Assembly (NCBI GenBank): GCA_965204745.1
Contig: OZ242010.1
Location: 2,464,001-2,528,000 of the forward strand
Source: Candidatus Latescibacterota bacterium
GTDB taxonomy: Bacteria; Latescibacterota; UBA2968
Direction: 5' to 3'
Length of the DNA stretch: 64,000 nucleotides
The position numbers and the translations under genes were made by a program. This document shows positions 29,692-38,746 of this stretch, in pieces. Numbering within the stretch: the stretch's first letter is position 1; the number at the start of each line of letters is the position of its first letter. The notes beneath the pieces are model-generated. The model did no database searches. It was not told the origin of the DNA and saw only the letters and a program-made list of their open reading frames with translations.

Positions 29692-32166
29692 ATGGGTATG
29701 ATCGGATTTTGGCTTGTGATTTTTACCGTTGCAGGGCTTTGCGCGCAGGCGATGGGCCAAGGCGTGGTCAAAGAAATTGCGGGCGATCTGGCCTATGTGG
29801 CGGGGTTGAACGGCGATGCGACTTTGGGCAGTCAGTTGCAGGTGGATGAGGACGGCGCGACGCTTCAGGTGATCAAAAAGCTCGACGATGTGCTCGTGGC
29901 CCGCGTGGTCATGGAAAATGGGGCGCCCGTGAAAGTGTCCGACCGGATTCGCATCCTCGCCACGCCGGCTTCTGATGGCGCGCCGCGCACGGTGTACGCG
30001 GTTCGCGTGGACCAAGGCCCCAAATTAGATGGGCACTTGGACGACGCGGCGTGGCGACAGGCCAAGCCCATCGAGGGCTTTGTGCAACGCGATCCGGGGT
30101 ATTGGGTGCCGAGCACGGAGCGCACCATTGCCCGCATTCTCTACGACCATGAGAAAATCTATTTCGGGTTTGCGTGTTACGATTCCGAGCCGCAAAAGAT
30201 CGTGGCGAACAACATGCGCCGGGATTCGGAGGTGTGGGGCGACGACAACGTGCAAATCCTGTTGGATACGTACAACGACCGGCAGACCGGAGCCTTCTTT
30301 TTCGTCAATGCTCTGGGCGCGAAACGCGATCTCATCCTGTCCCAAGAGGGGCGCACGTATAACGATGACTGGGATTGTATCTGGGAGGCCAAAGGCCGCC
30401 GGCACGACGAGGGCTGGTCCGTGGAGGTGGCGATTCCATTTGCCCAACTGCGGTTTAAGGACAAAGCAGACGCAGCGTGGGGCATCAACTTGGCGCGGTT
30501 CATCGCCCGCAAAACCGAGTCCGCGGCCCTGATGGTGGGGCGGCGATCCACATCCCCAACGCAGCGTTATCGCACGTCTGATCTCGCGGAACTGCGCGGC
30601 CTGACCGCGTTGAAGACCAAGCGCGTGTTGCAGGTCAAACCCTATTTGTTGCCCGGCCTGCTAAGGGATTTGAAGGCGGACGACCCGGCCGCGCAGGGGG
30701 CCTTTGAAGCGGGTGTGGATGCGCGCTATGGGATCACGCCCAATATGATGCTGGACTTGTCCTACAACACGGATTTTGCCCAAGTGGAAGGCGATCAAGA
30801 GCAGGTGAACTTGACGCAGTTCTCACAATTTTTCCCGGAGAAGCGCGAGTTTTTCCTCGAAGGCGCCAGTCTGTTCGACTTTGGCGAGGCCGCCACGCGC
30901 CGCGGCGGAGACAGCCGCCCGCCCACGATTTTGTTTTACAGCCGGCGCATCGGTCTGGAAAACAAGCAACCGGTGCCGATTCTCTTGGGTAGCAAGTTGG
31001 CGGGCAAAGCTGGCAAGACGAGCATCGGCGCGTTGAATGTGCTGACCGATGCCGCGCTGTTGCCAGATAGCACGCGGGTCGAGCGTAGCAATTTTTCCGC
31101 GTTGCGCGTGAAGCGCGATGTGTTGGCGCGATCCAATGTCGGCGCGATTTTTGTGAACAAGCAAACCCGCATCCCCAACTCGGGATGGGACGACTACAAT
31201 CGCGCGGCCGGGGTGGATTTCAGTTTTTCCCCGTCCAACGCCCTCAATTTTCAGGGGTTTTACGCGCGCACCTGGGAGGTGAAAGACGCGGATGAGACCG
31301 GGGATGCAGTTGAGACCGGGGACGCGATGTTTTTCCAGAGCACTTATACGGGTAGCGTGTATTCGGCTTCGGCAAAGGTGATCGATATCGAAGCGGCATT
31401 TCAGCCCAGGGCCGGGTTTGTCAATCGCCGCACGGGCCTGCCGGGCCTGCGTCGCTACGAGTCGTCTTTCAGGGCGCGGATTCCCTCTGCGTGGAAGCAC
31501 ATCCGCTACATTTCCACCGGGCCGCGCCTGCGCCTCATCACGGACAGGCAGAACGCGGTCAAGTTTTGGGATGTGCAGTGGGCGACTTATACGCGCTTCA
31601 ACACCGGCGATTGGTACCGCGTTGAGGTGACGCAAACGCACGATGTGGTCGAGCGCACGTTCAAGCCATCCAAAAAGCGACCCGACGTGATTATCCCGCA
31701 CGGCACGTACACATTCACGAAATTCAGGACCGGGCCTTTTCCGAGCCGCTCGCGGAAAATCCGCCCGGAGTTCGATTTTCAGTTTGGCTCTTATTACACG
31801 GGCAAGCGATACAAGTTTGCACTCGAAAACAGCTATCGGCCCTCGGGCCGCCTGTCTATCGAAACCGATTACGAAATCAATTGGGTGCGCCTGCCCGAGG
31901 GCAATTTCAATATCCAAGTGTTGAGTAACCGGCTGATTTACTCGTTTTCCACGGATTTTTACGTGAAGCTGTTCGCGCAGTGGAATAACGACAGCGAGCA
32001 GGCCAATGTGAATGTGTTGATGAATTACCGGTTCCGCCCCGGCAGCGATCTCTACCTCGTATTCGATCAAGGCTATGCCCGCGATCCAGACCTCGACCCC
32101 AGCGGCGCATGGGCCGAAAGAAATCGCGCCGTGCTCGTCAAGGTGTCGTACATGCTGGGGATGTGA
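29692..32166 (+). CDS. DUF5916 / CBM9-like domain secreted or outer-membrane protein
   Basis: Signal peptide, PKLDGHLDDAAW, NTDFAQVEGD, FFPEKREFFLEG, FYSRRIG and C-terminal VKVSY; RBS AGGAG. Confidence 0.82.
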   Translation: MGMIGFWLVIFTVAGLCAQAMGQGVVKEIAGDLAYVAGLNGDATLGSQLQVDEDGATLQVIKKLDDVLVARVVMENGAPVKVSDRIRILATPASDGAPRTVYAVRVDQGPKLDGHLDDAAWRQAKPIEGFVQRDPGYWVPSTERTIARILYDHEKIYFGFACYDSEPQKIVANNMRRDSEVWGDDNVQILLDTYNDRQTGAFFFVNALGAKRDLILSQEGRTYNDDWDCIWEAKGRRHDEGWSVEVAIPFAQLRFKDKADAAWGINLARFIARKTESAALMVGRRSTSPTQRYRTSDLAELRGLTALKTKRVLQVKPYLLPGLLRDLKADDPAAQGAFEAGVDARYGITPNMMLDLSYNTDFAQVEGDQEQVNLTQFSQFFPEKREFFLEGASLFDFGEAATRRGGDSRPPTILFYSRRIGLENKQPVPILLGSKLAGKAGKTSIGALNVLTDAALLPDSTRVERSNFSALRVKRDVLARSNVGAIFVNKQTRIPNSGWDDYNRAAGVDFSFSPSNALNFQGFYARTWEVKDADETGDAVETGDAMFFQSTYTGSVYSASAKVIDIEAAFQPRAGFVNRRTGLPGLRRYESSFRARIPSAWKHIRYISTGPRLRLITDRQNAVKFWDVQWATYTRFNTGDWYRVEVTQTHDVVERTFKPSKKRPDVIIPHGTYTFTKFRTGPFPSRSRKIRPEFDFQFGSYYTGKRYKFALENSYRPSGRLSIETDYEINWVRLPEGNFNIQVLSNRLIYSFSTDFYVKLFAQWNNDSEQANVNVLMNYRFRPGSDLYLVFDQGYARDPDLDPSGAWAERNRAVLVKVSYMLGM

Positions 32167-32180
32167 GGAAATGAAGGGGG

Positions 32181-32256
32181 TAGGTAGTGTTGACATTTTA
32201 TTTTTTTCCTTTATGCACAAATTGGCAAATGTGTTGCTTGCTCATTTAAGGCGTTT
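32181..32256 (+). repeat. About 76-bp dispersed repeat, copy 1
   Basis: Matches the reverse complement of 42561-42637. Confidence 0.85.
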
Positions 32257-32911
32257 CCTTTGATGGCTTCTCGCTCTGGTTGCTCCGATGGCGTTGACCG
32301 AGAGGGACCTATCCCCCGGCCCCTTTCCTACGAGGAAAGGGGAGCAAAGCCCTTTGATGGCTTTTCGCTCTGGTTGCTCTGATGGCGTTGACCGAGGGGA
32401 CCTATCCCCCGGCCCCTTTCCTACGAGGAAAGGGGAGTAAAGCCCTTTGGTGGCTTCTGGCTCTGGTTGCTCTGATGGCGTTGACCGAGAGGGACCTATC
32501 CCCCGGCCCCTTTCCTACGAGGAAAGGGGAGTAAAGCCCTTTGATGGCTTCTGGCTCTGGTTGCTCCGATGGCGTTGACCGAGGGCATAAAGCGACTAAA
32601 AAACCCCCTCATCAATCCCCTCGCAAAATCGCTCACCGTTTTCCCCTTCCTCATAGGAAAAAGGGAGTAAAGCCCTTTGATGGCTTCTGGCTCTGGTTGC
32701 TCCGATGGCGTTGACCGAGAGGGACCTATCCCCCGGCCCCTTTCCTATGAGGAAAGGGGAGTAAAGCCCTTTGATGGCTTCTGGCTCTGGTTGCTCCGAT
32801 GGCGTTGACCGAGGGCATAAAGCGATTAAAAAACCCCCTCATCAATCCCCTCGCAAAACCGCTCACCGTTCCCCCCTTCCTCATAGGAAGGGGGGCTAGG
32901 GGGGTAGGTCC
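32257..32911. repeat. BIME-like mosaic of REP-like palindromes and identical linkers
   Basis: Six ~46-bp linkers (32257, 32351, 32444, 32538, 32674, 32768) alternate with CCCCTTTCCTAnGAGGAAAGGGG palindromes; terminal copy inverted. Confidence 0.9.
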
Positions 32912-32935
32912 CAACAAAACGAAAGGAAAGCGACG

Positions 32936-34567
32936 ATGAACGACACAGGCAATCCTCTGCACCATGAAAATTACAGGAGACTCTTTGGTTTAGAGATTTA
33001 TCTGACACCCGTGTTCATTTTTTCTAGCCTCGCCATTGTCGGTCTCGTCGCCGGTGCCCTCGTGTTTGAGGAAGGCGCGACGCGCGTGTTTGGCGATGTC
33101 CGCGTGTGGATCATGACGAATTTCGATTGGCTGTTCATGATCACCGCCAACTTCGTCCTGCTCTTTTGCGCGTTTGTGGCTGTCTCGCCACTCGGCAAGG
33201 TGCGCCTCGGCGGGGAAGATGCAAAGCCCGATTATTCCTACGCGACATGGCTTGCCATGCTCTTTGCCGCAGGCGTGGGGATCGGGCTTTTGTTTTTTGG
33301 CGTGCTCGAGCCGGTGACCTACTTTCAAAACCCGCCGCTCGGCCTCGAGCATCTCGATCAAGTCTATGACACAGAAACGCGCTACACAGCCGAGAATACG
33401 CCCGACATCGATGACGCAGCGGTTCGGGCCGCGAGTGCCTTGGGAATCGCCGCGACGACCTTTCACTGGGGATTGCACGGGTGGGCAATTTACGGCGTCG
33501 TCGGCTTAACCCTCGCGTTTTTTGCGTACAACAGGGGGTTTCCCCTCACCATCCGCTCGGGGTTCTACGTGCTGTTCGGCGAGCGCGTATGGGGCTGGCC
33601 CGGGCACCTCGTGGATACGTTTGCCATCTTGGCGGGCCTGTTCGGCCTCGCGACCTCCCTGGGCCTGGGCGTGCAACAAGTGACCTCGGGCCTCAACTAT
33701 TTGTTTGGGGTGCCCGATAGCCACGCCACAATGGTGCTACTGATCGTGGGGATTACGGCCATCGCGCTGATATCGGTGCTGTCCGGCCTCGATGTGGGGA
33801 TCAAGCGTCTCAGCCAACTCAACATCGTCCTCGCGCTGGTGTTGCTGTTGGCGATGATCCTGCTCGGCCCCACGCGCTACATTTTTGATAGCATGGTCGC
33901 TGGGTTAGGCGAATACGTCACAAAACTCGTGCCCCTAAGCAACTGGATCGGCCGGACAGACACGGCCTTTTTGCACGGATGGACGACGTTTTATTGGGCG
34001 TGGTGGATTGCATGGGCGCCGTTTGTCGGCACGTTTATCGCCCGCATTTCCAAGGGGCGCACGGTGCGCGAGTTTATCTCCTGTGTGCTCATGTTCCCAA
34101 CCCTGTTGTGCTTGGTGTGGTTTGGCACGTTTGGCGGTATGTCCATTCACCAGTTCCTCACCGAGGGCTACACCGGCGTCACCGAGGCGGTCGAGGCGTC
34201 TCAACTCGCCCTCGTGCTGTTCAAAATGTTCGATGGCCTGCCGCTATCGGGCCTGTTGTACGGCCTGCCGCTGGCGGGCCTCCTGTCCTGCTTTGGCATG
34301 CTTTTGACCATCATCTTTTTCATCACCTCGTCGGACTCTGGCTCGCTGATCATCGACACCATAGCCGCCGGCGGGCGCACAGACGCGCCCGTGTCGCAAC
34401 GGGTGTTCTGGTGTACGGCCGAGGGCGCGGTTGCCATTGCCCTCCTGCTCGGCGGCGGCCTCAAGTCCATGCAGGCGGCCACCCTGGCCACGGGCCTCCC
34501 CTTCGCTTTTGTGCTCATCGGGATGTGCGCCTGCACCTGTCTCGGCCTCCGCAGGGCATCGCGGTGA
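32936..34567 (+). CDS. BCCT family (betaine/choline/carnitine) transporter
   Basis: WLAMLFAAGVGIGL, FHWGLHGW, WTTFYWAWWIAWAPFVG and TSSDSG. Confidence 0.93.
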   Translation: MNDTGNPLHHENYRRLFGLEIYLTPVFIFSSLAIVGLVAGALVFEEGATRVFGDVRVWIMTNFDWLFMITANFVLLFCAFVAVSPLGKVRLGGEDAKPDYSYATWLAMLFAAGVGIGLLFFGVLEPVTYFQNPPLGLEHLDQVYDTETRYTAENTPDIDDAAVRAASALGIAATTFHWGLHGWAIYGVVGLTLAFFAYNRGFPLTIRSGFYVLFGERVWGWPGHLVDTFAILAGLFGLATSLGLGVQQVTSGLNYLFGVPDSHATMVLLIVGITAIALISVLSGLDVGIKRLSQLNIVLALVLLLAMILLGPTRYIFDSMVAGLGEYVTKLVPLSNWIGRTDTAFLHGWTTFYWAWWIAWAPFVGTFIARISKGRTVREFISCVLMFPTLLCLVWFGTFGGMSIHQFLTEGYTGVTEAVEASQLALVLFKMFDGLPLSGLLYGLPLAGLLSCFGMLLTIIFFITSSDSGSLIIDTIAAGGRTDAPVSQRVFWCTAEGAVAIALLLGGGLKSMQAATLATGLPFAFVLIGMCACTCLGLRRASR

Positions 34568-34703
34568 TACTGGTACGATAGGGCTAAGAGCTGTTGCACT
34601 GCAAGTTAGATCACCGTAGTTTATTTGGGATTACATCTTGGGGCAACCACCCATTTCTTGAGCACCTCGTATTGACCCGCCATACCCATACAGCGAGGAA
34701 AAA

Positions 34704-35048
34704 GTGCGTTTTTGGGAGGAACAGGACAGAATCAACCAAGAGCTAATTCCTCGGGTCATTCGTCAGAACGAACTGCTAAGCCAGCACATAGCCGAGCACG
34801 ACAACCTGCAACAAATACTCAGCGATACCATCCAAAAGGCTCTCACCGAGCAGGCCCAACAGTACGAATCAGCCTTAAATGCCGCCCAAAAACAGCTCGA
34901 TGAAACCCATGACGAGATCACCCAAAAGACTATGACCAAAGCGTTGGAGACCCTGAATCAAGAGGCACGTCAGACTCGAAACCGCCTTGCTGTAATCACC
35001 GTTGTCAGTATCGCCATCGCCGCACTAATGTTCGCCGTTCTCACATAG
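34704..35048 (+). CDS. Small coiled-coil protein with C-terminal TM anchor (possibly 5'-degraded)
   Basis: Q/E-rich helical sequence ending in one hydrophobic helix; 12 bp from the next gene with AGGAGG. Confidence 0.55.
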   Translation: MRFWEEQDRINQELIPRVIRQNELLSQHIAEHDNLQQILSDTIQKALTEQAQQYESALNAAQKQLDETHDEITQKTMTKALETLNQEARQTRNRLAVITVVSIAIAALMFAVLT

Positions 35049-35060
35049 GAGGCAACCGCT

Positions 35061-36179
35061 ATGACCATGCAGTCGCTAAACCTGTTACCGGAACTGCGAA
35101 AACTCCCCGGGCCGGAATCCGATCAACGCAAATCCTTTCGGGATATGATCGCTGAGCTGCGAGGCATGGAGCGAGGGCTTATGGCAGTCGAAACCGTGTC
35201 TGCGACCTCGTTCGCGATGTGGGGTATTTTCGATACTATCAATGTGGACGATACCCTAGAAAAAGCTCACGAAATGGCCTTCGGCAACTACGAGGGTTCA
35301 TTGCACGACCACTGGCAAGAAATGTTACGAGGCGATGAGGATGCCTCCGCTGGATTCATCAGTGCCCTCAAAGGCAAAGTAGCCGAATTTAACGCCGCCG
35401 AAATGCTAGAACAAAACGGCTATACGAACGTAGAAATCGCCGCGAATCCCATCCAGCCAGAATGGGACATCAGCGCTATTTCTGCGGAAGGAGAGGAAGT
35501 CCTGTTCCAAGTTAAAACCGGAGTGGAGGGGTACGCTAGCGACGTGAGGGAAAGAATGGAAAATACCCAGGATATCGAATACTTGATCAGTACCGAACTA
35601 TACGACAAAATCGCCGAGCGAAGCCCTGAACTCATTGATCAGATGGCCGAGATAGGCTCCGATTACGAACTAGTGGAAGGAATAAAGGACGGTCTCAATA
35701 CCCTCAGCGACAATATGGACCTTGACCTACCCGATAGCATCGGAGAGATAGTCCCCTACGCCGGCGCAATTATGATGGGTGCTCGTCTGATATACAACGT
35801 CATCAAAACCGAGAAAGAGTTCAGCACTGCTGACCGCACCACTAAGAACAAGATGCAAGTCGTCCAAGCCCTTACCGTAATGTCCCGATTTGGCATCTCA
35901 ACCGGCCTTTCGATGGTCGGTGGACTGGGCGGGGGTACTATAGGCTCATTCATACCGGGCATTGGCAACCTGATCGGCGGCATCGCCGGCACAGTATTTG
36001 GGGCCGGCATGGGAATGTACCTGAACAAGCACCTCCAACCCCATATGTTGAACCTAGCCCTGAGCATCACTGGACTCACCCACGCAGACCTCTTCTACTA
36101 CAAGAACAAGCCCCATATTGATAGGGTAGCCTTGTCTTTCCGGCAAGACGCTAACATGCTAGCCGCTGTCCCTAGTTAA
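35061..36179 (+). CDS. Hypothetical protein: PD-(D/E)xK-like core + C-terminal glycine-zipper helices
   Basis: KGKVAE ... PEWD ... FQVKTG followed by GGLGGGTIGSFIPGIGNLIGGIAGTVFGAGMG. Confidence 0.6.
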   Translation: MTMQSLNLLPELRKLPGPESDQRKSFRDMIAELRGMERGLMAVETVSATSFAMWGIFDTINVDDTLEKAHEMAFGNYEGSLHDHWQEMLRGDEDASAGFISALKGKVAEFNAAEMLEQNGYTNVEIAANPIQPEWDISAISAEGEEVLFQVKTGVEGYASDVRERMENTQDIEYLISTELYDKIAERSPELIDQMAEIGSDYELVEGIKDGLNTLSDNMDLDLPDSIGEIVPYAGAIMMGARLIYNVIKTEKEFSTADRTTKNKMQVVQALTVMSRFGISTGLSMVGGLGGGTIGSFIPGIGNLIGGIAGTVFGAGMGMYLNKHLQPHMLNLALSITGLTHADLFYYKNKPHIDRVALSFRQDANMLAAVPS

Positions 36180-36220
36180 ACGGGATAGAGTCCCACTTGT
36201 GCAAGGCGAGCACTGCTGGC

Positions 36221-36249
36221 TTGACGAGGAACAGGCGTGATTATATAGT
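36221..36249 (+). promoter_or_regulatory. Sigma70-type promoter upstream of the cas remnant
   Basis: TTGACG-17 bp-TATAGT; RBS CAGGAGG before the ATG at 36320. Confidence 0.65.
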
Positions 36250-36319
36250 GGGGACAGGCAGAATACTTGGATGGAGATAGAAAGGACAACACACTCTGAT
36301 GTGACAGGAGGCCCTGAGT

Positions 36320-36712
36320 ATGGCCGAACGAGATGCTTTGATTTTGGGTGCGCTGTTGCACGATATTGGGAAGTTTGAATTTCGCGCCAATCGCACGTTT
36401 ACGCCGCATACAAATTACGGTGGCTACTTTGTTCAGGAGTACCTCAATCGGTTTCGCTGTCTGGACGATATTCGCGAGGATATTCGCAGAAAAGTAGCGT
36501 GGCATCACGAGGCCGAATTGGCCGTTACAGCAGAAGGCGCGGATCGGTTTATGACCTTGTCGCTCTACGCGCCTCGAGAGTCGGAAATGGCTACGGTGCG
36601 TTCGGATGGGGCGTGGTACAATTTGACCGTGCGAAAAGGCAAAGTGGGCGGGCCGGATTACGCGGGTGAGACCTTAAATGATGCGATGGGTTTGCAGAAA
36701 GGAGAAGAGGAT
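36320..36712 (+). pseudogene. Fused remnants of cas10/csm1 (HD N-terminus) and a csm4-like C-terminal segment, in frame with the downstream CARF gene
   Basis: aa 1-66 GALLHDIGKF..H..G..HH (Cas10 HD start); aa 67-116 RFMTLSLYAP..YNLTVRKG (Csm4-like). Confidence 0.65.
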
Positions 36713-37987
36713 ATGAACTCGGCGATGCTGGTGACAGTGGGGGTGGGGAACACGGTTTCGGATGCGATTGCATTTGCCATTCGGGGCATACGCCCGGATT
36801 TTGTGGTGTTTCTGACGACGGAACAAAGTGAAAAACAGACGATGTCCGCTGTTGTGGAAAAGCTCGCTTTGTCTCCTAAAAATTATACATGTCGCCGCGT
36901 GGCTGACGAGGATGATGTTGAAAACTGCACCTTGAATTTCATCGCTGCGATCCAAGATTTGAAAACGCGGGGATTTGACGTAAAAGACATCGTGGCGGAT
37001 TTCACAACGGGCACCAAGGCGATGTCTGCGGCACTTGTGGCGGCTGGCATTGGGGAGCCCATTGGCAAGTTGTCTTATATCATTGGGGAACGCGGTGAAG
37101 GCGGGATCGTTATTTCGGGCACGGAACGCGCCTTGTCGCTCGAACCAAACCGATTGACCATCCGCCGCATGACGGAACAGGCCATCGCGCAATTCAACGC
37201 CACGCGCTTTGACACATGTCTGGAAATGCTCGATCAGATTGTGGGTTTTACTCGCCTGCCGCAAGTCACTCAAGCGATGGCTACCTTGCAAACGCTTGCA
37301 AAGGGATATCGGGCTTGGGATCAATTCGACTACAAATCGGCCATGCCGCATCTGAATTGCTTGAAGGGAAACGAACTGTTGCCCAAGTGGGGATTGAAAA
37401 GCAAGTTGGAGCAACACAAGGCTTTTTTGCACCGCGTGAGTAAGTCCGAGTACGGCGTCGAGCGCGCCCTGGATTTGTGGAACAGCGCAGAAAAACGCAA
37501 GGCAGAAGGACGGTTCGACGATGCCATCGCGCGTCTGTATCGGTTGATGGAATACATTGCACAAGTGCAACTCTTCAACAATCACAAGGGCCTGAAAACC
37601 AGCGACCTCGATGTGCAGTTGCTACCCGAACCCCTGCGACCACAGTATCTAAAAAAAGTCGGACGATCCGACAAAATCACCCTGCCGCTGTATGAAAGCT
37701 ATGAGTTGTTGAAGCATTTGGGCGATAGCTTGGGATGTTTGTTCGCAGACGAGTATGACGGAACGGGTGAGCTAAAAAAAGTGCTAGGGCTGAGAAATCA
37801 GTCCATTCTCGCGCATGGCTTTGGGCCGGTCTCTCAAAAGGGATGTGAAACAGCACGGGATTATGTCCGGAAGTTTATGGTGCAGGCATTTCCAGACTGG
37901 GCGGAGAAAGCCAAAGAGGCGGTATTTCCGGCTCTGAATCCCGCGCCAGTGATTGAGAGTTTGGGATTAGCAGGTCAATCAGGCTGA
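36713..37987 (+). CDS. CRISPR-associated CARF-HEPN protein (TIGR02710/Csm6-like)
   Basis: Own RBS (AGGAG) and ATG; VTVG, FLTTEQS and DFTTGTKAMSAAL (CARF); RFDDAIARLYRLME and RNQSILAHG (HEPN RX4-6H). Confidence 0.85.
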   Translation: MNSAMLVTVGVGNTVSDAIAFAIRGIRPDFVVFLTTEQSEKQTMSAVVEKLALSPKNYTCRRVADEDDVENCTLNFIAAIQDLKTRGFDVKDIVADFTTGTKAMSAALVAAGIGEPIGKLSYIIGERGEGGIVISGTERALSLEPNRLTIRRMTEQAIAQFNATRFDTCLEMLDQIVGFTRLPQVTQAMATLQTLAKGYRAWDQFDYKSAMPHLNCLKGNELLPKWGLKSKLEQHKAFLHRVSKSEYGVERALDLWNSAEKRKAEGRFDDAIARLYRLMEYIAQVQLFNNHKGLKTSDLDVQLLPEPLRPQYLKKVGRSDKITLPLYESYELLKHLGDSLGCLFADEYDGTGELKKVLGLRNQSILAHGFGPVSQKGCETARDYVRKFMVQAFPDWAEKAKEAVFPALNPAPVIESLGLAGQSG

Positions 37988-38021
37988 TTGGGCTGGTTCT
38001 GACGCGATAAGGCCGGTTGCG

Positions 38022-38324
38022 GTGCCGATCCCATCGCACAAAAAGGACGGTCTCTCCGATGTGGCACACCACCGTCCGCGAGGCTGGCAGAATTTCGTCA
38101 CTCGCCTTTGTGAGATCGATTGCGTAAGCCGGGTTTCTTATGACGAGGCCGCTTATGGCGGTGAAAAAGTTAAGATACTCAACGGTGACAACGGCACCAT
38201 CGCGGTGCGATATGGCCCAACGGGCGAGGAGTTGCCCTTGCGCGTTGAGACCTCTGCTCGCGGGGAGGTCCAAACGAAACTGGTTGAGGAATACATTGCA
38301 AAAAACCTTATTCGGAGGAATTGA
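38022..38324 (+). CDS. Small hypothetical protein, DUF2103-like, probably the 3' remnant of a longer gene
   Basis: HH..F..RL..V.RV..G.I.V..L.VET.ARG..QT pattern; the frame is open back to a stop at 37968 and has no clear RBS. Confidence 0.45.
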   Translation: MPIPSHKKDGLSDVAHHRPRGWQNFVTRLCEIDCVSRVSYDEAAYGGEKVKILNGDNGTIAVRYGPTGEELPLRVETSARGEVQTKLVEEYIAKNLIRRN

Positions 38325-38364
38325 TTTGTAAATCCTTGGGTTGAATGATTCGTTCAAAAAAAGC

Positions 38365-38394
38365 AAAAGCCAGACGCATTGTCTGGCTTTTTTT
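38365..38394. terminator. Bidirectional intrinsic terminator
   Basis: AAAAGCCAGAC-GCATT-GTCTGGCTTTTTTT between convergent genes. Confidence 0.8.
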
Positions 38395-38466
38395 GTGCAA
38401 CAGTTCAGCTAAAAGTCTCTTTCAGGTGCTGGCATGGTTTAAGTCAGTAAAACCGCTACCCTTTTC

Positions 38467-38661
38467 TCACTCCTCTTTTTTTTCGTCTCTCTCCTCATTT
38501 CTATTCCATTCCTGCAAGGAAATAAACAACGCGCCCAAGAGAAATAAGATAAGGGAAAAACCCCACCCATCTCCATCATAGACGCCGCCACGCGACTCTG
38601 CAACCCAAAACGGCAACACGCAACCTATGAATACCAATCCCAATCCCGATATAATGAACAT
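38467..38661 (-). CDS. Small two-TM membrane protein
   Basis: 64 aa, two hydrophobic helices and a charged tail; GGAGGA RBS. Confidence 0.55.
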   Translation of the reverse strand: MFIISGLGLVFIGCVLPFWVAESRGGVYDGDGWGFSLILFLLGALFISLQEWNRNEERDEKKEE

Positions 38662-38746
38662 GACAATTCCTCCAATGGTGGTTTAGTTTAAGCGGACGGT
38701 GATTATGCCATCAACAGAGATGGCGACCTATACCGCTGACTGTCTT

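Noticed and set aside
32257-32911. CRISPR array (palindromic repeats near a cas remnant)
   Set aside because: The intervening sequences are near-identical copies rather than unique spacers, the period is ~94 bp, and the terminal repeat is inverted
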